64,000 nucleotides of DNA from Oopsacas minuta (lineage: Eukaryota > Animalia > Porifera). Both the position numbers and the translations under genes were made by a program. The stretch is from assembly GCA_024704765.1 (NCBI GenBank), contig JAKMXF010000099.1, positions 62,001 through 126,000 on the forward strand, read 5' to 3'. Every line of letters starts with the position of its first letter. Position 1 is the stretch's first letter. Below are positions 1 to 11,010 of this stretch, piece by piece. Under the pieces are notes generated by a model. It was not told where the DNA came from and ran no database searches. It saw only the letters and a program-made list of their open reading frames with translations.

Positions 1-470
1 ATGTAGAACTTTGATCGAAAAATGAGAACTTTGATCGAAAAATGTAGAACTTTGATCGAAAAATGACAACTTTGATCGAAAAATGTAGAACTTTGATCGA
101 AAGATGAGAACTTTGATCGAAAAATGTAGAACTTTGATCGAAAAATGAGAACTTGATCGAAAAATGTAGAACTTTGATCGAAAAATGTAGAACTTTGATC
201 GAAAAATGAGAACTTTGATCGAAAAATGTAGAACTTTGATCGAAAAATGACAACTTTGATCGAAAAATGTAGAACTTTGATCGAAAGATGAGAACTTTGA
301 TCGAAAAATGTAGAACTTTGATCGAAAAATGAGAACTTGATCGAAAAATGTAGAACTTTGATCGAAAAATGTAGAACTTTGATCGAAAAATGAGAACTTT
401 GATCGAAAAATGTAGAACTTTGATCGAAAAATGACAACTTTGATCAAAAATGTAGAACTTTGATCGAAAA
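1..470. repeat. Tandem array of 20/21-bp monomers (ATGTAGAACTTTGATCGAAAA / ATGAGAAC.. / ATGACAAC..); outer part of the left TIR of the MULE element, truncated by the window start
   Basis: About 23 monomers read directly. The ATGACAAC variant recurs at 63, 247 and 431 (184-bp period). The reverse complement array is at 3209-3741. Confidence 0.97.
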
Positions 471-641
471 ATGAGTTCTTTTATTTATCACATAAATATC
501 ACGAGTTATATAATTTGGTTAACTAACATAAGATTTCTTTTTATTAATTCGGGAACTTGTGTTCATGTGCAAAATATCTGTGGCAGAAATCAGCTCAATT
601 AACTTACGTCACCAAAAATTATTGATTGAACTATTAATACG
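471..641. repeat. Unique about 170-bp inner TIR arm; inverted partner at 3037-3208
   Basis: tttatcacataaatatcacgagtt...gtcacca.aaattattgattgaac matches the reverse complement of 3037-3208 with scattered mismatches. Confidence 0.93.
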
Positions 642-874
642 TGTTAACGTAATAAGTCTTCACTGAAAGAAGTATTAAACAACTTAGGATAGAACACACA
701 TATGACACATATATTACTTCTACATTCTAATAGCATATGGGTAATGTAACTATAAAGTAATATTCGTTATCTAACTTTAGATAATATACCATCACTAAAC
801 TACAATATATTATCACATTAACCTAATTCTAATATTCAGTTAAAACTGTCATGTCAAACGTTGGATTGACTTTG

Positions 875-2482
875 CTATTGGAAAATCTGCATCTTGTTCA
901 TTATAATAGAACGACAAACTGGGCATCTATCACCGAGCGTAAAATTCAGTTCACAATTTCCGCATACATTAGCATGTCCACAAGGTATGAAGACAAACGT
1001 TAAATCTCTACTGTTCAAACAAATGATACACGGATTCTTCACCATTGATTCTTCATCGCTTGAACTATCAGAAGTTTCATCTATACTTTCTTCCAATTCC
1101 GTAGATCCCGAATAAGTCCAAAATTTCGGATTACCAATAGTATTTGAAATTTCTTTAATATATTCTAGTGATGTGCATTCTTTTCTTTGAAGTTTTTCTT
1201 TACATTTGTTTCTAATTTTCTCATTATTTATATCCTTTGCACTTCGCTCGCCAATTTCTAGGTCATTCTTCATTCTCTGGTATTCAAGATCATATTTTTT
1301 CAGCGTCTTTTCGAGACATTCCATAAATGCCCATAGGTTAGGCTTTTTTACACGGATGAGAGACTTTAAACCCCGATGATATACTTCAGAACAGTTATTA
1401 GTTGTTTGAATAGAATGGGATATTGATAAATCATTTCTGTTAATCCATTCTCTCTTTATGTAACTCTTAAGCCTTTGAAGATTAATAATCTCATGATCTT
1501 TCATATTTTGTAGAGTAACTCCAGATAACAATCTATAGACTGGTAGAATTTCTTCTTCAGGTAACATGGGAAGTACCATAACAGACCTGACCCATCCATT
1601 AAACTCAGAGTTCTTTGTATACGAAGAAGTGAGATGTAGCTTTGTTAACCTTTTCCAAATAGCTCTCGAAAAATGAAACAGGCATCCTGATACTTCTATC
1701 GAATTGAAAGCTGTGCGAAATGAATTTCTTGAAGCCCTTTCATAGTCACCTACAGCTAATTTTGGTTTGAAATCAGGCATAAATTCTCTTACCTTTTGCA
1801 GAACATCGTCATAGAGAGATTCTGATTTTTTTGACATTAAAATATGTATGGCTGGCAAAGCATGATGACCTTCTTGTAGGAAAATAGTAAACAACTGGTA
1901 AAATAATTTGGGGACAACAAAAAATGTTGCATCAAAATTGATAGCATCAGTATTTTTCAGAGATTCAAACATAAAATCAGACCAGAATAAAGCTGCAAAG
2001 CCTTCTGATGAGATTATCATTGTTCGGAAAAAGTGTGAAAATCGTGTTTGCTTGATCATTACTTCAAATTGTTCAGGCGTTAGAGGATTCCCTGGTAATT
2101 CAAGTCTTCTTCTTTTAACCATCGTATTTCGAACACTGCGATAACTCACTAATGCACCTGCTTGATCCGTAGAAGTCACATCATCAAAGATTTCCCTTAG
2201 ATTTCCTGTTGACGATTCTGCAGCACGTTTGATTCTATTATTTAGAACTATTACACTGGATTCGTAGGAGGCTTCAGGATGATTGTGATCTTTTTTTAGG
2301 TAAAAAAGATTAGTTGTGAGATGAATTCGCCCTGTACCATGACATTCAATTTCTTTGCACCTCCACAGGGTACACCTCAAATAAATGGATGTTGAGGACG
2401 AGGAGGACTGAATATATCGAAAGCTTTGACATTCATAGTTAACAGAACCAATTTTTTTACCTTCAATAACACTATATTCCAT
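875..2482 (-). CDS. MULE transposase (535 aa): FLYWCH/WRKY-like Zn finger + DDE core + C-terminal IAP/MDM2-type RING finger
   Basis: N-terminal YLRC..WRCKEIEC..HNH; D in INFDATF; D in AVGDYE; CxxH (GCLFH); E in TNNCSEVYH; acidic linker; CIIC..FIPCGHANVCGNC..CPVCR..IFQ (about 878-1030). The ORF is uninterrupted. Confidence 0.92.
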   Translation of the reverse strand: MEYSVIEGKKIGSVNYECQSFRYIQSSSSSTSIYLRCTLWRCKEIECHGTGRIHLTTNLFYLKKDHNHPEASYESSVIVLNNRIKRAAESSTGNLREIFDDVTSTDQAGALVSYRSVRNTMVKRRRLELPGNPLTPEQFEVMIKQTRFSHFFRTMIISSEGFAALFWSDFMFESLKNTDAINFDATFFVVPKLFYQLFTIFLQEGHHALPAIHILMSKKSESLYDDVLQKVREFMPDFKPKLAVGDYERASRNSFRTAFNSIEVSGCLFHFSRAIWKRLTKLHLTSSYTKNSEFNGWVRSVMVLPMLPEEEILPVYRLLSGVTLQNMKDHEIINLQRLKSYIKREWINRNDLSISHSIQTTNNCSEVYHRGLKSLIRVKKPNLWAFMECLEKTLKKYDLEYQRMKNDLEIGERSAKDINNEKIRNKCKEKLQRKECTSLEYIKEISNTIGNPKFWTYSGSTELEESIDETSDSSSDEESMVKNPCIICLNSRDLTFVFIPCGHANVCGNCELNFTLGDRCPVCRSIIMNKMQIFQ

Positions 2483-2699
2483 TGATTGAGATGGATAAGA
2501 GCGATGTATAAAATATCGAAGAGTACTTTAGGATAACTATGCAAACTATTGATAAGATAATTCTAAATACCACAGTAAAATATTCAAAGAAAATAAAGTT
2601 TGGGAAATCAGAACCATTGGAATTTTCTAGAAGTTAATACAATTTCAATGGTAAATTAAATTGGCACAGAAGTGGCAAATCATGTCAGATCAAAAATCG

Positions 2700-2890
2700 T
2701 ATACCAAGGTACAAATCTATAGGTCGCACAGACTCACACTGAACCCTTTGATAATTTTCAGCTCTTAATCGTAAACGGTGTGGCCTGGAGAACGAAAACG
2801 GAAACAAGAGACAAAAAAAATACAAAACAAATAAGCACTGAGATCAATACTGAGCCTCATACTAAAGTATAGTCGGCACAGTAAAAACTG
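2700..2890 (+). mobile_element. Short Helentron/DINE-like repeat ending in a ..ATACTAAAGTATAGTCGGCACAG stem-loop, inserted inside the MULE
   Basis: The same terminal motif occurs at about 16396-16428 and, inverted, at 46643-46675. Confidence 0.45.
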
Positions 2891-3208
2891 CAAAATATAT
2901 AGCTGAGCATCTAAGCCTATGGAATGATTTTTAAAGATGGGACACACACATTGAATCTAACACTAAATTTGCGATCGGAATAATCTAACAATGAGGTCAA
3001 AGTGATGATTTCAGATCAAAATAGTACAAATTAGATCGTATTAATCGTTCAATCAATAATTTCTGGTGACGTAACTTCTATTGGGCTGATTTCTGCAATA
3101 GATATTTTGCACGTAAACACTGGTTCCCGAATTGATAAAAAGAAATCTCATGTTAGTTAACCAAATTATACAACTCGTGATATTTATGTGATAAATATAA
3201 GTACTCAT

Positions 3209-3741
3209 TTTTCGATCAAAGTTCTACAATTTTTCGATCAAAGTTCTACATTTTTCGATCAAAGTTCTACATTTTTCGATCAAAGTTCTCATTTTTGATC
3301 AAAGTTCTACATTATTCGATCCAAGTTCTCATCTTTCGATCAAAGTTCTCATCTTTCGATCAAAGTTCTACATTTTTCGATCAAAGTTCTCATCTTTCGA
3401 TCAAAGTTCTACATTTTTCGATCAAAGTTGTCATTTTTCGATCAAAGTTCTACATTTTTCGATCAAAGTTCTCATTATTCGATCAAAGTTCTACATTTTT
3501 CGATCAAAGTTCTCATCTTTCGATCAAAGTTCTACATTTTTCGATCAAAGTTGTCATTTTTCGATCAAAGTTCTACATTTTTCGATCAAAGTTCTCATTA
3601 TTCGATCAAAGTTCTACATTTTTCGATCAAAGTTCTCATTTTTCGATCAAAGTTCTACATTTTTCGATCAAAGTTCTACATTTTTCGATCAAGTTCTCAT
3701 TTTTCGATCAAAGTTCTACAATTTTTCGATCAAAGTTCGAC
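3209..3741. repeat. Right TIR tandem array (TTTTCGATCAAAGTTCTACAT and variants)
   Basis: About 26 monomers, reverse complement of 1-470. The GTTGTCAT variant is at 3428 and 3551 (123-bp period). Confidence 0.97.
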
Positions 3742-4475
3742 TGAAGACATTTAAGTAGAACTTTGATCAAAATTTGCCTTTTTCATCATTTGATCAAAGT
3801 TCGACATAAGAAAATTTGATCAAAGTTCTACAAAGAATTCGATCAAAATATACAGATGCTTTGGCCATAGTGATAAGCCATATTTAATCATCTTGGGTTT
3901 GGTCATGATTGACAATATATATAAATGCAAAGTGTGGTCATGGTCGACAAAAACTTGAGAAACATTGATTTATACCCCTATAAATCAATATTTGTTTACA
4001 CGCTTATTTCGCAATCGGCATATACGATACGTACAATAGGAAGCAACTGTAAGTGGTTGGCCTGTTGCGTGTCAGAATTGCTACCTGTATTACTGGTACC
4101 AGGGGCGGATCCAGAATATGTTGGTGGGAGGGTATAAAGTCGTGCTGGAAGCACAAAAACTCTTAACCTCTTATAAATAGTAAGTTGGTAGTTTCCGAAG
4201 AATACACAAATAACAGTTTAACACAATCTATTTTATTCATAATTCAAAAATATAAGTACTAAATTAATTGATTTTGAACAATTGGTCAGGATACAAGAAA
4301 TATATCTCCAGGCGTGACCTAAGTAATATAAGGCCTGACTATTGTGCATAGAATTTCTTACCATGAATTACTTAAAGTGCATTTTGTAATTCACCCATAA
4401 TTGTAACATGCAAAATTGACATTATCTGAATTGCTGAAATTCTATTGTAATCACTTCTCGCAATAGGTATATATA

Positions 4476-4927
4476 CAGTCGACTCCGATTAATCGGACCA
4501 CTTTTGTCCAGAGTAAAGTGGTCCGATCATCCGGAGTGTCCGATTAACCGAAAAATCTTATTCTCAATAATTTTTTGCTAGATAAATATTTCTAGTCAAT
4601 GGTAATCCTATTGCTAATTGAAAAAAGAAGTAATTGATTGTTGCTTAAGTGATCTTTCAGCATTAGGTGAATTTTGTCAGCACAATCATCAAATCAGTCC
4701 TTTGGGCCATAAAATAATAATATAATCTAAATTATATACAAACCTAATCAAATTTTTGGTGAATATATTGACTTCAAAAAAAATAATGGTCCGATTAACC
4801 GATGTTTTGGTCCGATTAACCGAAAAATGTTAAATATTAATCCTGGATTAGATTCCGTCCAGGAGAAAATGGTCCGATTAACCGAATTGTCCGATTAACC
4901 AGTGGTCCGATTAACTGGAGTCGACTG
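4476..4927. mobile_element. pogo/Tigger-like MITE (452 bp)
   Basis: TIRs CAGTCGACTCC..TTAA..GGACC, TA TSD on both sides, internal GTCCGATTAACCGA repeats. Confidence 0.9.
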
Positions 4928-5025
4928 TATTATTAACTCGAGATTAAGTTCCCAAGCCTTTCGTTATATAGGATTTTTCATTTTTATCTTATTCTGCAAT
5001 TCTGTTTCATCACTGATTAGCCTTG

Positions 5026-7889
5026 ATGCCTAACACTTGCCCTGCACCTGGATGTCGGAGTAATTATTCAGGGGAGCCATATACACCAGTATTCAGATTA
5101 CCCTCAAACTCTGAACTTAGAGAAATATGGCTACGCGCTCTGCACAGGGAGGATATTGAAGATCTAAAAAACGCATTTGTTTGTTCTAATCACTTTCGTA
5201 CTGAAGATGTCATCACTGAAATGGATATGCCTCAACCTGATGGCTCGATACAAAAATTTCTCGGCGACCAATTCTACATAAGAACGCTATACCTTGTCTT
5301 CTTCCCAGTTGTCCCAAGTATCTTAGCTCACCATCTCCGAAGCCTGAACATTTAGATCTTGGGAAGATCGAGAGTAAATTCTTCTTTCAAGCCTTAGAAC
5401 AGAGCCTTGATCTTCATAAAGCTGAGGATAGTAAGTTCGGTGTCAAATCATTAGGAGAGCTAAAATGTAAACTCGAAGAATTTGAACTACCTTCTTCTTG
5501 GGTTAAATCGTTTTCAGATGACATGTCTATTAACTTGCTAAAGCTGTCAAAAGATAAACATATATATACATATACCAGGATATGTTTCAATTAATGACTC
5601 CTTAACACCTACAGGCTTCTGTCAAAACATTCAAATTCCTCTCACAATACACAATCTCAGTGATATTCGAGAAATCGATACCATCATCAGCGAGGTTTCT
5701 GCATACACTAAGGACCCTGTTGAAAACTGTATTCGCCAAGCTACTTCTAACATTGAAAGTACGATTTCGAAGATAGGAACTTCGAACGATATGCTAGAGA
5801 AATATTCAGAATTGTTACTCCAGTTAAAGTTTCTACAGTACCAGGTTGAGAATTCACTAATTCCTAAAAATCGAAGACGGTACAATATTGTTACAATGGT
5901 GCTAGCTCTAAAATCACATTTGATATCTTCTACCTGCTACAGCTACTTACAGTCTTTGAATTGTTTAATATTTCCCCACCCAACAACTCTACGTAGTCTT
6001 TATGGAACTATAGGCTTAGAGTGTGAGTTGCAAACATATTTGAAGGCTTCTACTGCTAATTTCAATAACCAAGAAAGGAATGTTACATTACATATGGATG
6101 AAATACATGTCAAATCAGAGTTTTCTTACACAGGTGGGAGAATACTCGGCTCTTCGACTACACAGAACGAAGCAGCCAATACAGTTCTAGCATTTATGAT
6201 ATCAAGTTTATGCACAAAATGGTCTACAGTTGTACGACTCCTACCTTGCGCAAAATCTTCAGCTGCTCAAATACTACCTATTTTACATGAAGTAATCAAG
6301 GATGTAGGAAGTTCTAATCTTCAAATTCAAGTTATTTGTACAGATAACTACCCTCTGAATGTGAATCTGTTTAAGTTCTGTCCCCTACTTCCAATCTTGA
6401 AACCTGTGTTTCTCACCCATTAGACACTTGTAGACCTCTGTATCTTATCTTCGACTTTGTCCACATCATCAAAACAGTAAGAAATAATTGGATAAATCAA
6501 ATCGATTCTAATCACACGTTTAGCTGTCCTTCATTCGTATCTTGCGAATATACTTTAAAGGTACCATTTCAAGACCTTCGGAATCTCTTTAAACTTGAGC
6601 AAAATTCTGTCGCTAAAACAGCCCACCGATTAACAGCCAAATCTTGCTGGCCATCTAGCCTTGAAAGACAGAATGTCAATTTAGCACTTCGCATATTTGA
6701 CGACTCAACCTCTGCAGCTTTAACAGTCCATGCTTCTAAATATGGTCAAGCTTCAGGAACAGCTCAGTTCATTAACCTTATTTGTAAGGTATGGAAGATC
6801 TCCAACATTAATAGACCTAACAAAGACATCTGTCTAAATGACGAGCTTTCTATGCCACTACAGAGTAATGACATTCGGTTTGTATTTCTTTCAGATGTTG
6901 GGAAATGGCTTGATGAATGGAGAACTTTACCCCAAAAGCACGCAAAACTCATTGCGCAAACCTTTACCAGTTTTCGCCATTCGTGTATTGTCCTTGAAGG
7001 GATAGTCAACCATCTTACCAAAAACTGTGGTTTTGCCTATGTTCTTAGTTCTTTCCTTCAAAACGACCCAATTGAACATCAATTTGGGATTTATCGAATG
7101 ATGAGCGCTACCCAGTACAATGCTACATTTTGCCAAGTTTTGCAAAGTGGAGACTAATTAAGATTTCTGCAATTCTGAAGTTGTTCTCCTCTAGTACTCC
7201 GGGTGAGAGCTCAATCTCATTAAAAGAATTTTAAAGTCATTTTCAATCTCCGAAGGATCTAGCGATGACAGTATAGTCGATTTGGACACCTATAACAGAG
7301 TGTTCAATGAATAGGAGACACCAATCGTACTCGATACTTCTCTCATTCAATCTTTAGCCACTATTGCTGGTTATTGTGTTCATACCATCTTCAAAAGTGT
7401 TTTCTATTCTAAGCGAGATATTACTCACTCTTCTGGCGTAAGAGATACGGAAGAAGTGAGCAGTATTTGCTCTCAGTGATTGTCAAGTCTTGTTGAAGAA
7501 GATACTTTCGAATTAGATATAACTGATACCGTCTGTGGTTTAATATGTTCGATTGACAGAGGAGGCCTTAAGTGGCCTTCAGCTCCAGTACTTGAAGCAG
7601 TTGTAATTTTGTGGAAGGTCAACTCCAGGATCGAAATGGATTCTAGTCTCTTCGATCTCTTTATAACAAGTCCATCTCTGAAGATCTTAGTTTCCTTGAC
7701 ATTAAATGTAATTGAGAGTAATGAAACTGAGTTTTGGAGAAACAAAAGCCCTACTTGTGACACAATAGGATGGAATATCTTAAAGACTGTATCTTAGCTA
7801 ACAAAGTGAAGAACATGAATTCGTTGAAAAGGATATTAACTGAAAGCTCACATAACTCTCGTAAATATACCAAATTCACATCAAAATAA
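5026..7889 (+). pseudogene. THAP-domain P-element transposase, frameshifted
   Basis: THAP: CPAPGC..VFRLP..W..AL..VCSNHF. Core motifs LHMDEIH, VICTDNYP, FDFVHIIKTVRNNW, WPSSLERQNV and LQNDPIEHQFG lie in different frames (ORFs 5023, 5791, 6852, 7480). Confidence 0.92.
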
Positions 7890-8752
7890 TTAGAAATTTT
7901 GCTGTTGACAGTCTCTTTGTTGCCCTAGCATTTCTTATTTCTTTATTTATACAATTTTTGTTGTAGTATAAAATATGATTACTTTCTATCTACCATTTGG
8001 TACGAATATTGTTAAATTCAATGGTATGAATCTCAACATATCATATTCAATGTATGCACTTTAAGTAATCCATGGTCCAAATGAACAGTCATGCATTATA
8101 TTACTTAGGTCACGCTCCAGGATAATTGAAGTATCAAGTCTGGTGGGGGGAATATATCCCCCTATTCTCCCTGGACCCGCACCTGACTGGTACCATGGAT
8201 ATTCATAATCCGTGTCAGAATTGCTACAACTGTTATATGACTTCTTTGATTATATATGCGGAAATTAGTTCCAATTACACCTCATGATTTCTTATTAGGA
8301 TACAGATGAATGAAAATATGTTTAATCATTACCTCGAAGATGAGTAAAAATTTATGATCCTCATTATACTAATTGTTGCTGTTCTATTTCCAGCTCATTC
8401 TAGCCACACTAATCCCCTGGAATAGGCCGTCATATCATAATGCCACTCTTAATATATATCCAATTCTATTGCAGACAAGTTCCTGCTTAGTGGTGAACCC
8501 GGTTCTCAAATACCAGTAATACTCTAATATGAATTCAGTTAAAGTAAACATCGAAACTAATTTCCGCATATATAATTAATGTCATAACAATGGCAGCAAT
8601 TCTGACACGGAATATGAATATCCATGGTACCAGTAATACAGGCAGCAATTCTGACAAGCAACAGGCCAAACTATAAATGACTAGTCGGCTATTTTAATAG
8701 TCATATATAATTAAGTGCACAAGGAATACAGAAATGAGTGTATTAAAATATT

Positions 8753-9388
8753 CTATTTCTTTTTCTTCTTTGTAGTAATGATTAGTTGTTTTGACTGCGC
8801 TTTTTTCAGCTTAGCTTGTCGTTTATCCTCCTCAACCCAACTAGGAGGATTCCTACTCCCAGCATTCAGAGCGTCCAGATAAATTTCCTGCTCCGTTTTG
8901 AAGTTCTTTAATTCCTCTTGCTCTTTCTCCAATTTAATTCTCAGGTTGTATTGCTTCAATAACTCAGGCATTTTTTTCATACACGCGTCAATTTTCTCCA
9001 TACGTTTTATCTTGTCGGGATGGTAGAATGTAGATCTAGAATTTTCATAGTACCTGGCGACATTTCTCAATGGTTTAGAGGGCCAATTATAACCGGCTAG
9101 AATATACTTCTTCTTAATTCCAGCTAAACGGACAGCTGATAACTCTGGTTTCTGCCAGAAACCTCTCACAAACTTAGCTCTACGTTTCTGCATAATATCA
9201 TTGTATACCCCTGGGGGCATCGGCAGGCGTTCAGGCAGTGGAGAGCTATTGGTTTGATTCTCTGAAGCTTCAGATTTGAGAGACTGAATTTCTTTCTCAA
9301 ATTTATTAGAAAATGGAGTTTTCTTGGCTACAAGTTTCGTAGGAACAAAGTTCTTTGCTATAGAACTTATAGATTTCAATATACTCAT
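8753..9388 (-). CDS. Mitochondrial large-subunit ribosomal protein mL59/mL64-like (211 aa, intronless)
   Basis: Basic S/K-rich presequence-like N-terminus; FVRGFWQKPELSAVRLAGIKKKYILAGYNW resembles the mL59 W-x-K-P-x-(I/L)-S motif; KIKRMEKIDACMKKMPELLKQY resembles the helix shared by mL59 and mL64/GADD45GIP1. Recognised from memory only. Confidence 0.7.
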   Translation of the reverse strand: MSILKSISSIAKNFVPTKLVAKKTPFSNKFEKEIQSLKSEASENQTNSSPLPERLPMPPGVYNDIMQKRRAKFVRGFWQKPELSAVRLAGIKKKYILAGYNWPSKPLRNVARYYENSRSTFYHPDKIKRMEKIDACMKKMPELLKQYNLRIKLEKEQEELKNFKTEQEIYLDALNAGSRNPPSWVEEDKRQAKLKKAQSKQLIITTKKKKK

Positions 9389-10576
9389 AACTATCTAAAA
9401 AGTATTTAAACTAAATAATAGAAGTGGAACAAAATATAAATTTCACTTTCCTATCATGAAAAATGTCATTAAGTTGGTTAATGAAATCTTTAATCTTGAA
9501 ATTTTACAAAATCTGAACAAAGAGATTTTCATATTAGTATATTTAGCAAAGTTTTTCCGGAAGACATTTTTCAACTAAATATATTATGTAAAGTGGGGAA
9601 TATTTTATAATATGAGAAAATTTTGCCAAATCTTCGACAGTGGAGTCCTCCTATTAGCAAATCACATCTTACAAAGACTAATACGCGAATTTACTATAAT
9701 TGCGCTATGACCATACAAAATACACTCAATGTCCATGAAAAATGCTAATAATATGCGGATTTTGCTAGTAGACGAATTGATAATAGGCAAATACCACTGT
9801 GCTTGAAATTCAGAGATTGGAATCAGAGGAAAGATTTATAAGAGATTAGTTTGAATGCGAATTATTGGTTGTGGTCATCTGATATAATATATTTTCACCT
9901 GAAATCGAAATATGCATGAATATATAAGTAAAATCATAGGATTTTAATACTGCACTAGGACTAAGGCAATAGCACTGGCAATTTTTCAGGACCAGGGCAG
10001 GAGCTGCATACCCGATACGACTGGTACGGCGAGCGCAGTACCCAGGAACGTTGCCAGGATTTTTACCTAGGAGGGCAAAGAAATTACCAGGGGCACGAAG
10101 TTATCAGGGGGTAGGACGAGGGGCAAGTAGGGCTCTCAACTCTCACGATCTCGTGTGTCACACGATTTGCGCTGCGCATAATTAACAAAATCCCTGCTCT
10201 TTCATAGAAAGCTAATACTAAATCATAAGTCTCAGATTTTTCTAGAATCTCACGATTTTGAAAGTTCCTTAAGAGCCTGGACTATGTGGTTCACGCGTTT
10301 AGCAAGAGGCATGCCAAGCGAAGGATCAATAAATTTAAGCTTAGGCATAACCATCCAGCTGGGCAGTGGCATCGTGTTGCTTTGAAATCTGGGGAGCACA
10401 AATTCAATCTGGTGTGCAACAACTTCTAGATGACGGTCTATGGACCCTGCAAACAAGCAGTAGGTTCAGGAGCTAAACCCATTGCAAGAAATAATGTTTG
10501 GTCTGCTATTGGCCCATGAAGGTGATATTTTTCTGGTCCCTTGGGGTAATGTTGTGAGAGCTCGGAGAATTTTGGC

Positions 10577-11010
10577 GGGGCCGATGTAGCAGCCTAGATT
10601 AACACGGGGGTTAATCTAGGCAAGCCCAGAATATCCCGCAAAGTTGAACTAGCCTAGCATAGATTATATCTTGGATATGAAGTGGGCTAGCTCAGAATAT
10701 GCAGGGTTTAACCTGGACTAAGACAGATTATACTCCCTGCCTTTAATATGTCATGTGCAAAAGTGTGGGCGTCTGGTGTCATCAATGTATTCATAAACCC
10801 CATCATACATTTTTGCACATGAGATAATAAAGGCAGGGTGTAAAACCTGTCGTAGCTCAGATTATACCCTGTATATTGAGCTAGCCCACTTCATCCGGGG
10901 TATAATCTGTCCATGTACAGAATGTACCGGGAGTTAATTTAGTCTAGACCAGATTATACCTGCGGTTAAACTGGGTGGGGAGGTTAATCTAGGCTGTTAC
11001 ACCAGGCCCC
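10577..11010. mobile_element. Foldback MITE with GGGGCC termini (Harbinger-like?)
   Basis: GGGGCC..TGTA.CAGCCTAGATTAAC at both ends; inner inverted pairs GAAGTGGGCTAGCTCA / TGAGCTAGCCCACTTC and CCCTGCCTTTA..ATGTGCAAAA / TTTTGCACATG..TAAAGGCAGGG. No TSD. Confidence 0.75.

Larger units (their letters stand above)
1..3852 (-). mobile_element. Mutator-like (MULE) foldback-type DNA transposon with long TIRs; left end outside the window, right tip approximate
   Basis: Inverted arrays (1-470 / 3209-3741) plus inverted unique arms (471-641 / 3037-3208) enclose a MULE transposase ORF. The TSD cannot be tested. Confidence 0.9.
4313..8114 (+). mobile_element. P-superfamily (THAP9/Galileo-like) transposon, decayed
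   Basis: TIR CGTGACCTAAGTAATATAA (19 bp perfect, then imperfect to about 70 bp); 7-bp TSD CTCCAGG at 4306-4312 and 8115-8121; encloses THAP + P transposase fragments. Confidence 0.88.
4100..8185. mobile_element. hAT-type MITE (about 277 bp of its own sequence) carrying the P element
   Basis: TIRs CAGGGGCGGATCCAG / CTGGACCCGCACCTG; perfect 8-bp TSD ACTGGTAC at 4092-4099 and 8186-8193. Confidence 0.9.
4059..8667. mobile_element. Non-autonomous TIR element (about 515 bp once insertions are removed); outermost layer of the nest
   Basis: GGCCTGTTGC.TGTCAGAATTGCT.CCTGTATTACTGGTACCATGGATATTCATA.TCCGTGTCAGAATTGCT (4059-4099 + 8194-8270) is mirrored at about 8560-8667. No TSD found. Confidence 0.75.

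Noticed and set aside
1-470. CRISPR-like regular repeats
   Set aside because: Monomers are contiguous with no unique spacers, there are no cas genes and the context is eukaryotic; they are TIR arrays.
3295-3754. ORFs of 149 and 108 aa
   Set aside because: These are translations of the stop-free tandem array.
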